From Naegleria gruberi (taxonomy: Eukaryota): a stretch of DNA of 64,000 bases. Under the pieces are notes generated by a model. It saw only the letters and a list, made by a program, of their open reading frames with translations, was not told the origin of the DNA and did no database searches. The stretch is taken from NCBI GenBank assembly GCA_000004985.1, contig GG738900.1. One strand, 5' to 3'. The translations under genes were made by a program, and so were the position numbers. This document shows, in pieces, positions 41,475 through 50,959 of the stretch (the stretch's first letter is position 1; each line of letters starts with the position of its first letter).

Positions 41475-42878
41475 ATGGTCGAACACACACTCCAATTTCC
41501 ACAATCCATACAGGATCTTGTCGAGGTTAGCCATCTTCAATTTGTAAATTTTGATCGGAGGGTAGTTTCTACGAGGAGTATGGATGCAGTGGTGATCAAT
41601 GATGATCATTTTGGTGATGAACCCGATGATTATCACTATTTATTGTCTTCTCACTATGATGGAACTATTTGTTGTTTTAAAATTGGTGGAGCAACCAAGG
41701 GTACTAAATTACACTCCTCCTTCTTGTTTCAATTTAAAACAAGTGAGGAGGAAGATGTTGGAGTGTTGTACTTTGATGTGGATAGATCGAGTGGTGCTGT
41801 CTATAGTGCTAATACGGATGGAACTGTTCGTGTTCATTATCCTTTCAAATCGGTACAACAATTGATCAAGTCAAATATTGTTGATTGCTCTGATGATATT
41901 GCTAGTAATTCGGGAAGTAATTTCTTGTATGATTTAAAATCGAGAGAGGAGAGAGCAGTTTATATGGATTTTTTGGGATCAGATCAGGCAGAGTATTGGA
42001 AACTTTGTGATTCGAATAGCTTACAGCAAATGGATGAAACTGATGATTCGGAGAGTGTGGAAAAGACCAGTTTTAAAAAGTTTTTAGCTTCAAAGAAAGT
42101 ACTTGTTGACAAGAGCAATTTAATGCATGTGAATAATAGAATAATTGGAAGACACAATGATGCTGTAAATCATGTTTTCTATATTGAAGAAATTGGATGT
42201 GTTGCGAGTGCATCGTGGGATGGTTTTCTTAAATATTGGGATATTAATGATGATAGTTGTCAACCACTGCTACAATTGGATTTGAAAGGAACAGTTCATG
42301 CAATGGATGTACATTTTCCTCTTCTTATCATTACTACAGCACCAAGAAATATTATCCTCTTTGACTTGACAATGCCTCATATACCTGTCAAGATTTGGAA
42401 AAGTAATCTGAAATGTGAAACTCAAAAACATTGTCTCAAATTCTTTTCTGACAGATTTGGGTTTATTATATCAACAATTGAGGGAAGAGCTGCCATTCAC
42501 CATATGGACAGCAAGAATGTGTCCAGTAATTTCATTTTCAAATGTCACAGAACTGCCAACGATGTGTTTGCACCAAATTCAATAGATTTTAACCCTTTGC
42601 ATGGCACATTTTCTACAACTGGAGCTGATAAGAAGGCATACTTTTGGGATAAGGATTCCAAGCAAAAAATCTACACCACTCCTAACACAGCAAGAGAGGT
42701 AGGTGTTGGAAAGTTCAGTCAAGATGGTTCATTATTTGCCTACGTTGTTCAATATGATTATTCTAAAGGAAAATATGGCCTTGACAGTACTTCTACTGCT
42801 GAGAAGGTCGCCATTCATCTTCACAAAATGCTACCGGCAGAAATTGAAAATAGAGGTAAGTTTTTAACTTCATTCTAA
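41475..42878 (+). CDS. RAE1: RAE1/Gle2-like WD40-repeat protein
   Basis: The C-terminal half aligns with human RAE1: IEGRAAIHHMD…FIFKCHRTANDVFAPNSIDFNPLHGTFSTTGADKKAYFWDKDSKQKIY…DGSLFAYVVQYDYSKGKYG…VAIHLHKMLPAEIENR versus IEGRVAIHYIN…FTFKCHRSNG…[36 protein letters not shown]…NGNIFAYASSYDWSKGHEF…IFLRNAAEELKPRNKK. The N-terminal half is divergent and carries an acidic insert. A GTAAGT at 42859 suggests a possible short 3' intron; the ORF reads through to TAA at 42876-78. Confidence 0.75.
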   Translation: MVEHTLQFPQSIQDLVEVSHLQFVNFDRRVVSTRSMDAVVINDDHFGDEPDDYHYLLSSHYDGTICCFKIGGATKGTKLHSSFLFQFKTSEEEDVGVLYFDVDRSSGAVYSANTDGTVRVHYPFKSVQQLIKSNIVDCSDDIASNSGSNFLYDLKSREERAVYMDFLGSDQAEYWKLCDSNSLQQMDETDDSESVEKTSFKKFLASKKVLVDKSNLMHVNNRIIGRHNDAVNHVFYIEEIGCVASASWDGFLKYWDINDDSCQPLLQLDLKGTVHAMDVHFPLLIITTAPRNIILFDLTMPHIPVKIWKSNLKCETQKHCLKFFSDRFGFIISTIEGRAAIHHMDSKNVSSNFIFKCHRTANDVFAPNSIDFNPLHGTFSTTGADKKAYFWDKDSKQKIYTTPNTAREVGVGKFSQDGSLFAYVVQYDYSKGKYGLDSTSTAEKVAIHLHKMLPAEIENRGKFLTSF

Positions 42879-43037
42879 ATATTCATTAACTCAAATCCAG
42901 TTGGTCCATTTTACCAAGACCACAACACGTTTAGAAATTTCATGTTGTAGAAGTTTACCCAATTTGGAAAATATACGAAACTGGTGCTAATCTTTTACTG
43001 GTGAATCAATTAGCATAATCAATCATCACTAGAAAAA

Positions 43038-46037
43038 ATGTCTTCAGGAGGATCTGGTTTCATAGAACAATTGGAGTCAAATCCCTTTTTCAAGAATGGT
43101 GGTGTTTTTGTAACAATTGCTATAAACGTTATTTTACTGGTAATTGTTATGAGCATCTATGTTTGCTGCATTCGATACTGCACAATATTCAATGTGAGAA
43201 AGAAGAAGAGACTCATAGCCAAATGTTTGAAACGAGAGGATGAATTATTTGTGGAACAACAGTCACACACAAGAGATTCTGAAAACAATCACAACAATCA
43301 AGAAGACGAGATTCGTGAAGAATCAAACAGTGAAAGAGAACATCATGAATCAAACAAGGGAAAATCTCTTTCCAAAACAGTTGACCAACATGTAGAAGAT
43401 GACTCTTCCTTTTTCGAAGTTAAAGATTTGAGAGCAAAATATTTAAGCAATCATTGCCTCTCTGATTGGTATTTGAGAAGTGTCTTTTTCTGGAGAATTA
43501 CAAAGAGTTTGATTCAGGCACCTTTTCTAATCATCTATAGAACTCTATTTAATGGAAGAAACAAGTCATGGTTCGGTGCAGCCATCAAGGAGGAAAAGAG
43601 AGTGATTAGAAATTATGGAAGAGATGTTCTGACATATATCAAATTCCATCAGCTTTTATGGTGGGTCTTTACCATTATGTTAGTATTATTCAGTGCCCTG
43701 CTGTATCCAATTCACATAACCAATCAGGGAAATTTGGATCCAGCACAGAAGGAGAAATTTTCCAAGAATGTTACTGGACTAAAGGTTGGATCATCAGATC
43801 AATTTCTTGTCGTTTCTTCAATTAATACAGTGATTGGTAGACCTGATATATTGATTCTACATGTAATTCTATCAGTCATTACGGTTGCTCTCGTTCTTGC
43901 AATGCTTCTTCTCTTCACAAGGGATAAATCATTGAGAGATTATGATTACTGTGGTTGTGATCAAGAGGGAATCTATGGATCCTTCTCTCCTTACTTGCCT
44001 CATTACTTTGGAGCAGAATTTGCCTTGAAAACTCAAAACATGTCCCTTGGAACGCCTCACGAAAATCTCAATTACAAATCCCTATCTCCATTCACATTGG
44101 AAATTCACAACATTCCCAAGCATTATACAAATAAGGCGCTTTTTCACCAATTGATGAAGAAGATATTCAGTCACAATGCAACTGATTTGAATGCTCCAAC
44201 AAATCCACATATTCTCTCATCCTATCATGTTATTAATTTCGCAAAGAGAGAAAAGCTGCAACAGAAATTTGAAACTCAATTGGATAATCTTGAAGGTTAC
44301 AATTGGCAACTTGAAACAAAGAATACGAGACCCAAGAAGAAGTGTTTCTTTCAGAAGCAAGATGATGGCGATTCCAAGAGAAAACTAATTCAGAGCAAAG
44401 ATGCAATCGTCTTTACAAAAGAGAAAATTAGAAACTTGAATACAGAAATTGAAGATTTAGAGGAAGAATTAACACTTTCCAGTAATTATCCAAACAGAAT
44501 TAGTAGTTCCATTCAGGGAAGTGGCATTGGTTATGTGGTCTTCTCTTCTAGAAGTTCAATCGTTTATGCTCTCAAGAAGTTTACAAAATTGGGAACATTC
44601 AAAGTTTACAAAATGAAGGAAACTGATGATAATGGACAAGAGATTGAAAAATTGTTCACTCCTGCAGAAAGAAACCAACTTCCAATAGATGCCAAAGTAA
44701 CATGCATTAGAATGAGGGCCACTAATACCAATTATGAGCAAAGAGATTGCTTCTGGACTACTCTCTATACAATGTATCAACATTCATGGATCAAGCCAGT
44801 TATTTTGAAAATTACAATCTTTATCGTTATTCTGATCATATTTGTATTTTTCACAACACCCGTAGTTATTGTTTCATCCATTGATACCTTTTTTGCAATT
44901 CCACCAGTTACAGAGACTATTAAGAAGATTGTTGAAGTTGGTGGTCCAATGATGTCTGTTATATTCCAGTATATTCCCTCATTATTGTTGGTGGCAAGCT
45001 CTGCTTTGATTCCAGTATTCATTTACCAGTTGACCAAACTTGAGGATATGAAAACATTCAGTGAGTTTAGTAGAACTATTCTCAGAAGAATAACAATATT
45101 CCTCTGGCTCAACGTGTTCATTCTACCAACTCTAGTTTTAACAACTTTGGATGGCATAACAAACTTTTTCACAAATCCAGACAGTTTGGCAAATGTCTTT
45201 AAGAATTTATTCATGTCTGACAATGGCTCTCTGTTCATCAACTTTATATTGAATAAGACACTATATGGGCTGGCATTTACTTTAATGCCTCTCTTATCAT
45301 TGATTCTCTATTCGGTTTTCACATTGTGTACCAGCAGTGTCAGTAAGAAACTCAGAATAAGCAGAAGTATGAAACCAAAAGACAAATTGAAATGGGCCGA
45401 AGGAGATTCATTCTCTCTCGAGTATTCCTATGCCTATTCGATCCTTATTATGGCTATTGTTTTCACCTTTAGTTTATTTTCACCATTTATCTTACTGGTG
45501 ACCTTTATTTATTTCACTCTGAGGTATTATGTTGAGAGATTCACCATTGGAAGAATTTATTCACATAGACTCCTTCAGCATCATCACAAGAAGAAGAGGC
45601 ATCTCATCACAAGTCAGGGATACTATCTCAGTGACAGTGCAGACCAAACTATTTCTCCTGCAGTTGTGAGACATAGTTTTGGATGCTTGTTTGGATTCAA
45701 AACAGATTACGTTGCTCACAGAAGATCCATGCTCTTGATTTCCAAATTGTGTATTGTTGCCCTTATTATGTTTACAGTGTATTGCATGCTATTCTTTGCA
45801 TTCAAAACTCCTGAAAGTCAATACTTTATTTTCCATGTTACTATTGAGGCAATTTTAACCTTATTCCTTCTTATTGTGTTCTTTGCTATCGAAATTAAAA
45901 TGACAAGAGACATTAGAACATTGAACAAGCAACCTTTAATAGTTAATGAGGAAAGTGCTAGCAAGAAAACCTTGTATGAACCAAGCAATTATTGGAATTA
46001 CAAGAAAATGTTCAATGACACTGTAACCAACTTATAA
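43038..46037 (+). CDS. OSCA/TMEM63/CSC1-family calcium-permeable mechanosensitive channel, 999 aa, intronless
   Basis: N-terminal TM helix; a cytosolic RRM-like region (GIGYVVFSSRSSIVYALKKF, compare AFVTFKSRxGAA); then multiple TM helices. The hallmark RSN1_7TM motif is present: YQLTKLEDMKTFSEFSRTILRRITIFLWLNVFILPTLVL (compare LSKFEGHISRSSLERSAAxKYYYFLLVNVFLGSII). Confidence 0.85.
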   Translation: MSSGGSGFIEQLESNPFFKNGGVFVTIAINVILLVIVMSIYVCCIRYCTIFNVRKKKRLIAKCLKREDELFVEQQSHTRDSENNHNNQEDEIREESNSEREHHESNKGKSLSKTVDQHVEDDSSFFEVKDLRAKYLSNHCLSDWYLRSVFFWRITKSLIQAPFLIIYRTLFNGRNKSWFGAAIKEEKRVIRNYGRDVLTYIKFHQLLWWVFTIMLVLFSALLYPIHITNQGNLDPAQKEKFSKNVTGLKVGSSDQFLVVSSINTVIGRPDILILHVILSVITVALVLAMLLLFTRDKSLRDYDYCGCDQEGIYGSFSPYLPHYFGAEFALKTQNMSLGTPHENLNYKSLSPFTLEIHNIPKHYTNKALFHQLMKKIFSHNATDLNAPTNPHILSSYHVINFAKREKLQQKFETQLDNLEGYNWQLETKNTRPKKKCFFQKQDDGDSKRKLIQSKDAIVFTKEKIRNLNTEIEDLEEELTLSSNYPNRISSSIQGSGIGYVVFSSRSSIVYALKKFTKLGTFKVYKMKETDDNGQEIEKLFTPAERNQLPIDAKVTCIRMRATNTNYEQRDCFWTTLYTMYQHSWIKPVILKITIFIVILIIFVFFTTPVVIVSSIDTFFAIPPVTETIKKIVEVGGPMMSVIFQYIPSLLLVASSALIPVFIYQLTKLEDMKTFSEFSRTILRRITIFLWLNVFILPTLVLTTLDGITNFFTNPDSLANVFKNLFMSDNGSLFINFILNKTLYGLAFTLMPLLSLILYSVFTLCTSSVSKKLRISRSMKPKDKLKWAEGDSFSLEYSYAYSILIMAIVFTFSLFSPFILLVTFIYFTLRYYVERFTIGRIYSHRLLQHHHKKKRHLITSQGYYLSDSADQTISPAVVRHSFGCLFGFKTDYVAHRRSMLLISKLCIVALIMFTVYCMLFFAFKTPESQYFIFHVTIEAILTLFLLIVFFAIEIKMTRDIRTLNKQPLIVNEESASKKTLYEPSNYWNYKKMFNDTVTNL

Positions 46038-46042
46038 TAAAT

Positions 46043-47180
46043 TTATCTTAAATCTACAATTTTTGAAAATTCATCATTATCTGCTTTTGTCATTTGAACA
46101 TGATAGCAATCCTCAAACCAGACACTGTCTGTTGCTTCGTGATTATTTCCCCAGTCTATGTTCTTTCTGAATTGACCACGTATCTTTTCCATTCCATTAA
46201 TCGACTTGTCTTTTGAGAAATTATCCTTAATTCTGAAAATTCCTAATTTCTTGTTAGCTCTTGGAGCTAGAACCACTCCTATTGCCTCTGGTAAGCTACA
46301 TTGATATCCATATTGAGTTTTCAAATCTACTGTTGACAGGAAACAATCTTGAGTTGGATGTGTATGGATCCAGCCCAGAGTTACCAAGCCCAGCAACTCT
46401 TGTCTATTGAAAACAGTAATTTCATTCAGTGCTCTGCAACTATCCTCTGTACAATCTTGCTTTGGAATAAAGCAATGAGTTACTTGGAAAGATTTTTCCT
46501 TACTAGTTCCAACTAGAAAACCAGAAAGAATTCCACAAAATTCCAAATTATTTGCCGTATTATTTCTAGCTGCCTGATTAAATTTCTCGATCAGTTTCAT
46601 ATCAATTTTTACATTAATTAAAGTTGTCTGTACATTAATTGGTTCATTCTTTGATCCTGCTGGCAAAGAATTTTTAGGAATAGCATTGTCAACCTTTAGC
46701 CCTTCGTATTCATCTACTTCTTTCTGTTTAATTTCCGAAACACTCAATGACACAATTCCATTCCTCTCTTGATCCAACAAATTCTTCTTAATCACCTCAC
46801 ATTGATCCATTGCATACGAAGCCAATTTCTTCAAATTACTAAACCTGGTTGAATACGGCTGTTCACTCGCCAACTTGTCCTTCTTTAATATATTTACAAA
46901 AAGCAATACAAATCTACAATATAATATAAAAGCCTCCTCTAACAATCCATCCTTATGAAAATGATTCGCCTTTGTTAATATTCAATTATTCATTTGATTG
47001 CCAATTAATCTTCCCTTTAGCAATTTTGATCAAAATTCAAAAACCTACTGATGAATAAATTTCCTCTCCAGCCTTCAAATAGGAGCCATACGTTCGGGAT
47101 GGATCAGCCTGTTTGACAAACTTAATCTCTGCCTTATCCATCAATTTTTGAAAGTATTCATGTCCTCCGAGATTATTCAT
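46043..47180 (-). CDS. STAMBP: AMSH/STAMBP-like JAMM (MPN+) K63-deubiquitinase, 2 exons
   Basis: Exons (minus strand) 47049..47180 and 46043..46951. The 97-nt intron runs GTAGGT…CATAAG. The join …KAGEEIYSS|DGLLEEAFILYCRFVLLF matches the AMSH MIT region ([22 protein letters not shown]). JAMM motif: EFCGILSG…[34 protein letters not shown] (AMSH: EFCGILCG…[32 protein letters not shown]). The ORF track misses exon 1. Convergent with the channel gene; the stops are 5 nt apart. Confidence 0.85.
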
Positions 47181-47383
47181 TTTCTTCTATTTATAAAATC
47201 AAAACAATGAAAAAATTGAGAGAGTTTGATGTTGTTCTATTTTTTTCTATTTGATTTTTCCTTTTCCCTCCAAATTTAAATTCGAATAGAATGGAAAGGA
47301 ATTAGGATGGAGGAGGAAGGAAATATTTCGATGGACTTGGAGTGAACATTATTTAATAAATACAGTATTTCATTATGGTACAA

Positions 47384-49234
47384 TTAGAATCTGCTGACAT
47401 CTCTGCCAAAGATTGCTGTTTTCACCCAATCAGAAGCGAGTGAAAATCTATTCTTCCAAGAAACTTGCTTGGAAAGATAGGCAGCTCTGTATAAATAGAA
47501 AGCTTGCCAACTGGTTACGGTAGTTCCAGAAAGGTCAGCAACTGCATGGTTGTTGCCAATGTAGGCGAATGAGCCCAAATTCTTATAAGTAAATGGTGGT
47601 ACATAGGTAATTCCCTTTTCAATGTCATTAAGGCAATTGCCAAGATAACTTCCTTGCTTGGAGGCGACTTGTGCTGTTTGTGGTAGTGGAGCATAGTATT
47701 CATTGTCAATTCTTTGGATGAGAGATTTGAATTCATCTTTGGAAAGAACATTATCTCCATTCACATCTGCTTGTGTGAAAAGCTTTTTGAGTTTTTGATT
47801 GATTGTGGCAAAGTTTGGATATTCCTTTTCTTTTGCCTTGATTAATGATTCCATTTCTGTAAATGATATAACTCCATCCTTATTGATATCAGCTTGTTCA
47901 AAGAATGACTCGTATTTTTGAACAAGTTTAGGTTGGTCAATTTTAGAACAATCTCCAATAGCATAAACATTATTCAATCCAACAACTTGTAAATGAGCAT
48001 CAACAACGAGTGATTTTTCATTCTTTTGCTTGTAAATATTTTCTGCCAATTTTTTAACAAGTGGAACTTGAGCAACACCAGTCGTCCAGATACAAACTCC
48101 AAAAGGTAATGATACTGGTTCACTCTTCTTTTGTTGATCCTTAAATACGACAACTAGATCATTTTCTCTCACTTCCACAACTCTTGCATTAGTTTTCAAA
48201 TCAACATTATTGAATATAAATTCCTTTTCGCACATTTCACTAATTTTACAATCATAGGTATTTAAAATATGATCTGAGCTATGAATAACTGTAATCTTGA
48301 GTTTTTCAACAATATCCTTTGGAAATAATTTGGAAATATCTTCCTTTACAAAGTCAACCAAGTAACCAAGTGTCTCAATTCCAGCATGTCCTCCTCCCAC
48401 AACTTGAAGAAGTCAATAAAATGTAAAGAAATGTAGAAACTTACCAACTACACTGAGTGCCTTTTGTCTTTCTTCATCTGTCAAGTTTGGCATGCAAGCT
48501 GATTCCAAAACATCCAAAAGTTTCTCTCTAATCTTGACTGCGTGTTCTGGTTGTTTCATTGGAACACTGTATTGATCAACACCTTTCACACCAAAACTAT
48601 TTGGTTGACTTCCAACAGCAATTACCAACTTATCATATTTCAATTCAAAATCATTAGCAATATCACTTCCATTCTGATGATGAATTACATAATTTGAAAT
48701 ATCCTTGCATTTGATCACACCCCTCTCATAATCAACATCATAACATTCAGCTTCATAATACTCAATCAGAGATTTATCCTTTCTTACTCTATTAATCACA
48801 CTTCTGATTGGTTCTGTAATACTTTGCATGGAAACAGTTCCTGCAAGAGCTGCTGGAAGCATTGGAGTAAAAAGGAAATAATTCCTAGGACTAACTACAT
48901 AAACATCATACAAATCCAAATCAATGGATTGAATCAGACCCACTGATGCCCAACCACTTCCAAGAATTACTAATTTCTTCTTTGGTTGATAGGGAGAGTT
49001 ATTAGTTGGTGATGATTTTTCTTCTGCTTGAATAATTAGATTATTAGCTAATACTGATCGGTGATGTTGATCAACATCATGATTGTCTTCATTGGGAGCA
49101 AATTTAACTTGATTGTTGTTGTTGTTGAGAAGGAAATAGGCAGAGGTTGTGATGGTTGCTGCTGCTGTGGTTAGGAGTAACTTTTTCTTGTTGATTATTG
49201 CCTTGGCTGAGAGTATTCTGAAGAGACTCTGCAT
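47384..49234 (-). CDS. Type-II (alternative, rotenone-insensitive) NADH dehydrogenase with EF-hand pair and mitochondrial presequence, 2 exons
   Basis: Exons (minus strand) 48445..49234 and 47384..48402. The 42-nt intron runs GTAAGT…TTCAAG and falls inside the second dinucleotide-binding motif (…RQKALSVV|VVGGGHAGIETLGYLVDF). First Rossmann: KKKLVILGSGWASVGL…SPRNYFLFTPMLPAAL. EF hands: DINKDGVISFTE and DVNGDNVLSKDE. The N-terminus MQSLFRILSAKAIINKKKLLL is presequence-like. Confidence 0.85.
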
Positions 49235-49393
49235 TGTGTGATTAGTGTTGATATTTGTTTTTGTTTGATTAATATTAATATGGATTGATGTTTTCTGGTT
49301 TGAGAATCTTTTTTTATGAACTTGTGAAAAGTTTGCAACAATTCTTTAACTAAAAAGCATTTTGCTCGTTTTTGACAAGGTGGTTATTGTGGA

Positions 49394-50428
49394 TTATTGT
49401 TTGGTTTCTTCTTCTTTCTTTTCGTCTTGTTTTTGGGTGGTTGATTGTTTGGCTTTTTGCAAGTTTTCATAGTGGAGAGCATATCGTTGACCTGGCTTGT
49501 ATTTGATATCGATTGGTTTCATCTTTCCACATTGTGGATGAACACACATCCACAAATTACTTTCCACAGCAGTTCTCCAAACAAATTCCTCAATGGATGG
49601 AGCTTGGAATTGTAAATCATCCAATTTAACTACTTGTGAATCATCATCTTCCAAATCAGCAATGCTTATTCCAGTGACAACAATTGGATTTTCAAAACAT
49701 CCTGGCATATTGTTGAATTCTTCCTTAGAGGCCTTTCTATCAAAGAGTGCAAACCATGTCAAACAAGATTGTTGATCATTGAAGAATGGAACGAGACAGA
49801 ATTCATGTTTTGGAGAGTAGGATGAGAGTGGAATTGGTTTCATCAAACTAAAGTAACAAGCAGTTGGAGATTCAATATCTGATGTCAAAAAGTGGAAGTA
49901 AACATCATTGAATAGTACCTTAAGAACTGGTGGGAGCAAATCAACATCGGATTGAGTATAGGTCGGATCAATTTGTGTCAAGCCAAACTTTTCTCTCTTA
50001 TTGTTCTTTCTCTTTTCATTGCCTCTTAATTGTTTAAATTCTTCAATTTGTTCCTTCATTGATTTTAATTTCCATTCCCAAGTACCATCAAATGATGGTT
50101 GTTTAAATTGACATTCATCACCTTCTTCACTCTTGTAAATATCCTCAATTTTAGGTAATTCATCATAGGAAAAACATTCATAGGTTGTATATTCACCAAC
50201 TCCAGGTCTAATCGGTGGCATTGGAGTAAAATACCAACTCTTTACTAGACTATCAATGTGATTCTTTAAACTTTGTTCCATGTTGGAGGATGAAGTGGCC
50301 TTCTTTGATTGACTTTCCGAAGAGTCTTCTTCTTTGGAATTTTCAACTTGATCATTACTTCTCTTCCCAAGAACTGATGCTTCTTGTTGTTCACTTGATG
50401 ATGATGATGATGCTGATGGTGGTGACAT
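49394..50428 (-). CDS. Hypothetical protein, 344 aa, with poly-Ser N-terminus and acidic/basic C-terminus
   Basis: ATG at 50428 (MSPPSASSSSSS…). The non-repetitive central region has conserved-looking W, F and C residues; no domain was confidently recognised. Confidence 0.55.
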   Translation of the reverse strand: MSPPSASSSSSSEQQEASVLGKRSNDQVENSKEEDSSESQSKKATSSSNMEQSLKNHIDSLVKSWYFTPMPPIRPGVGEYTTYECFSYDELPKIEDIYKSEEGDECQFKQPSFDGTWEWKLKSMKEQIEEFKQLRGNEKRKNNKREKFGLTQIDPTYTQSDVDLLPPVLKVLFNDVYFHFLTSDIESPTACYFSLMKPIPLSSYSPKHEFCLVPFFNDQQSCLTWFALFDRKASKEEFNNMPGCFENPIVVTGISIADLEDDDSQVVKLDDLQFQAPSIEEFVWRTAVESNLWMCVHPQCGKMKPIDIKYKPGQRYALHYENLQKAKQSTTQKQDEKKEEETKQ

Positions 50429-50654
50429 ATTTTTTATTCTAATTGAAACACAGTTTGAGAGTTTTTATTTTAAATCATTCAACGGTTTCAAACATGAAAA
50501 AGGCGCCAATACGCAAAAATTTTGTATTCCACCCAAACCAAAGTTTCAAAGAGTAGCTGGCTACTCTTCTATTACAACAAAAGCAACACAGAAGGCTACA
50601 TAAGGCAATAAATACGAATAAATATTATGAATACCATAAAATCAAAAGTTGATA

Positions 50655-50735
50655 CGCAGACTGCAGGATTCGAACCTACGAAGGTTTCCCCAACAGATTT
50701 CAAGTCTGTCGCCTTAACCACTCGGCCAAGTCTGC
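50655..50735 (-). tRNA. tRNA-Ser (anticodon TGA), class II with long variable arm
   Basis: Reverse complement: GCAGACT TG GCCG AGTGGTTAA GGCG ACAGA CTTGAAA TCTGT TGGGGAAACCTTCGTAGG TTCGAATCC TGCAGTCTGC G. Anticodon loop CU-UGA-AA. The long extra arm is typical of tRNA-Ser. No intron. Confidence 0.85.
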
Positions 50736-50959
50736 TTCATGGCTATTTTTAAAATTACCAATCATATACAGCACACAATTAATTTTTAAAAATAGGTCTA
50801 ACGCTTTTGGTTACCGTTGAAAAAATTCATCAAAAAAACAAGTCAATGACATTTATGGTCCTATTCAACCAAACGTCAATACCGCTGCTCTTCACGCAGA
50901 TGTTAATGTTCCATTGAACTATTAGCCACCTAACCACATCATTTCTTTTTAAAAACAAA

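Noticed and set aside
42859-42903. Short 3' intron in the RAE1-like gene (GTAAGT at 42859, CCAG at 42903)
   Set aside because: Not adopted in the gene model. The read-through ORF ends 7 codons later at a TAA. The RAE1 family ends soon after the aligned ELKPR-like segment either way. Evidence is insufficient to choose, so it is left as a note.
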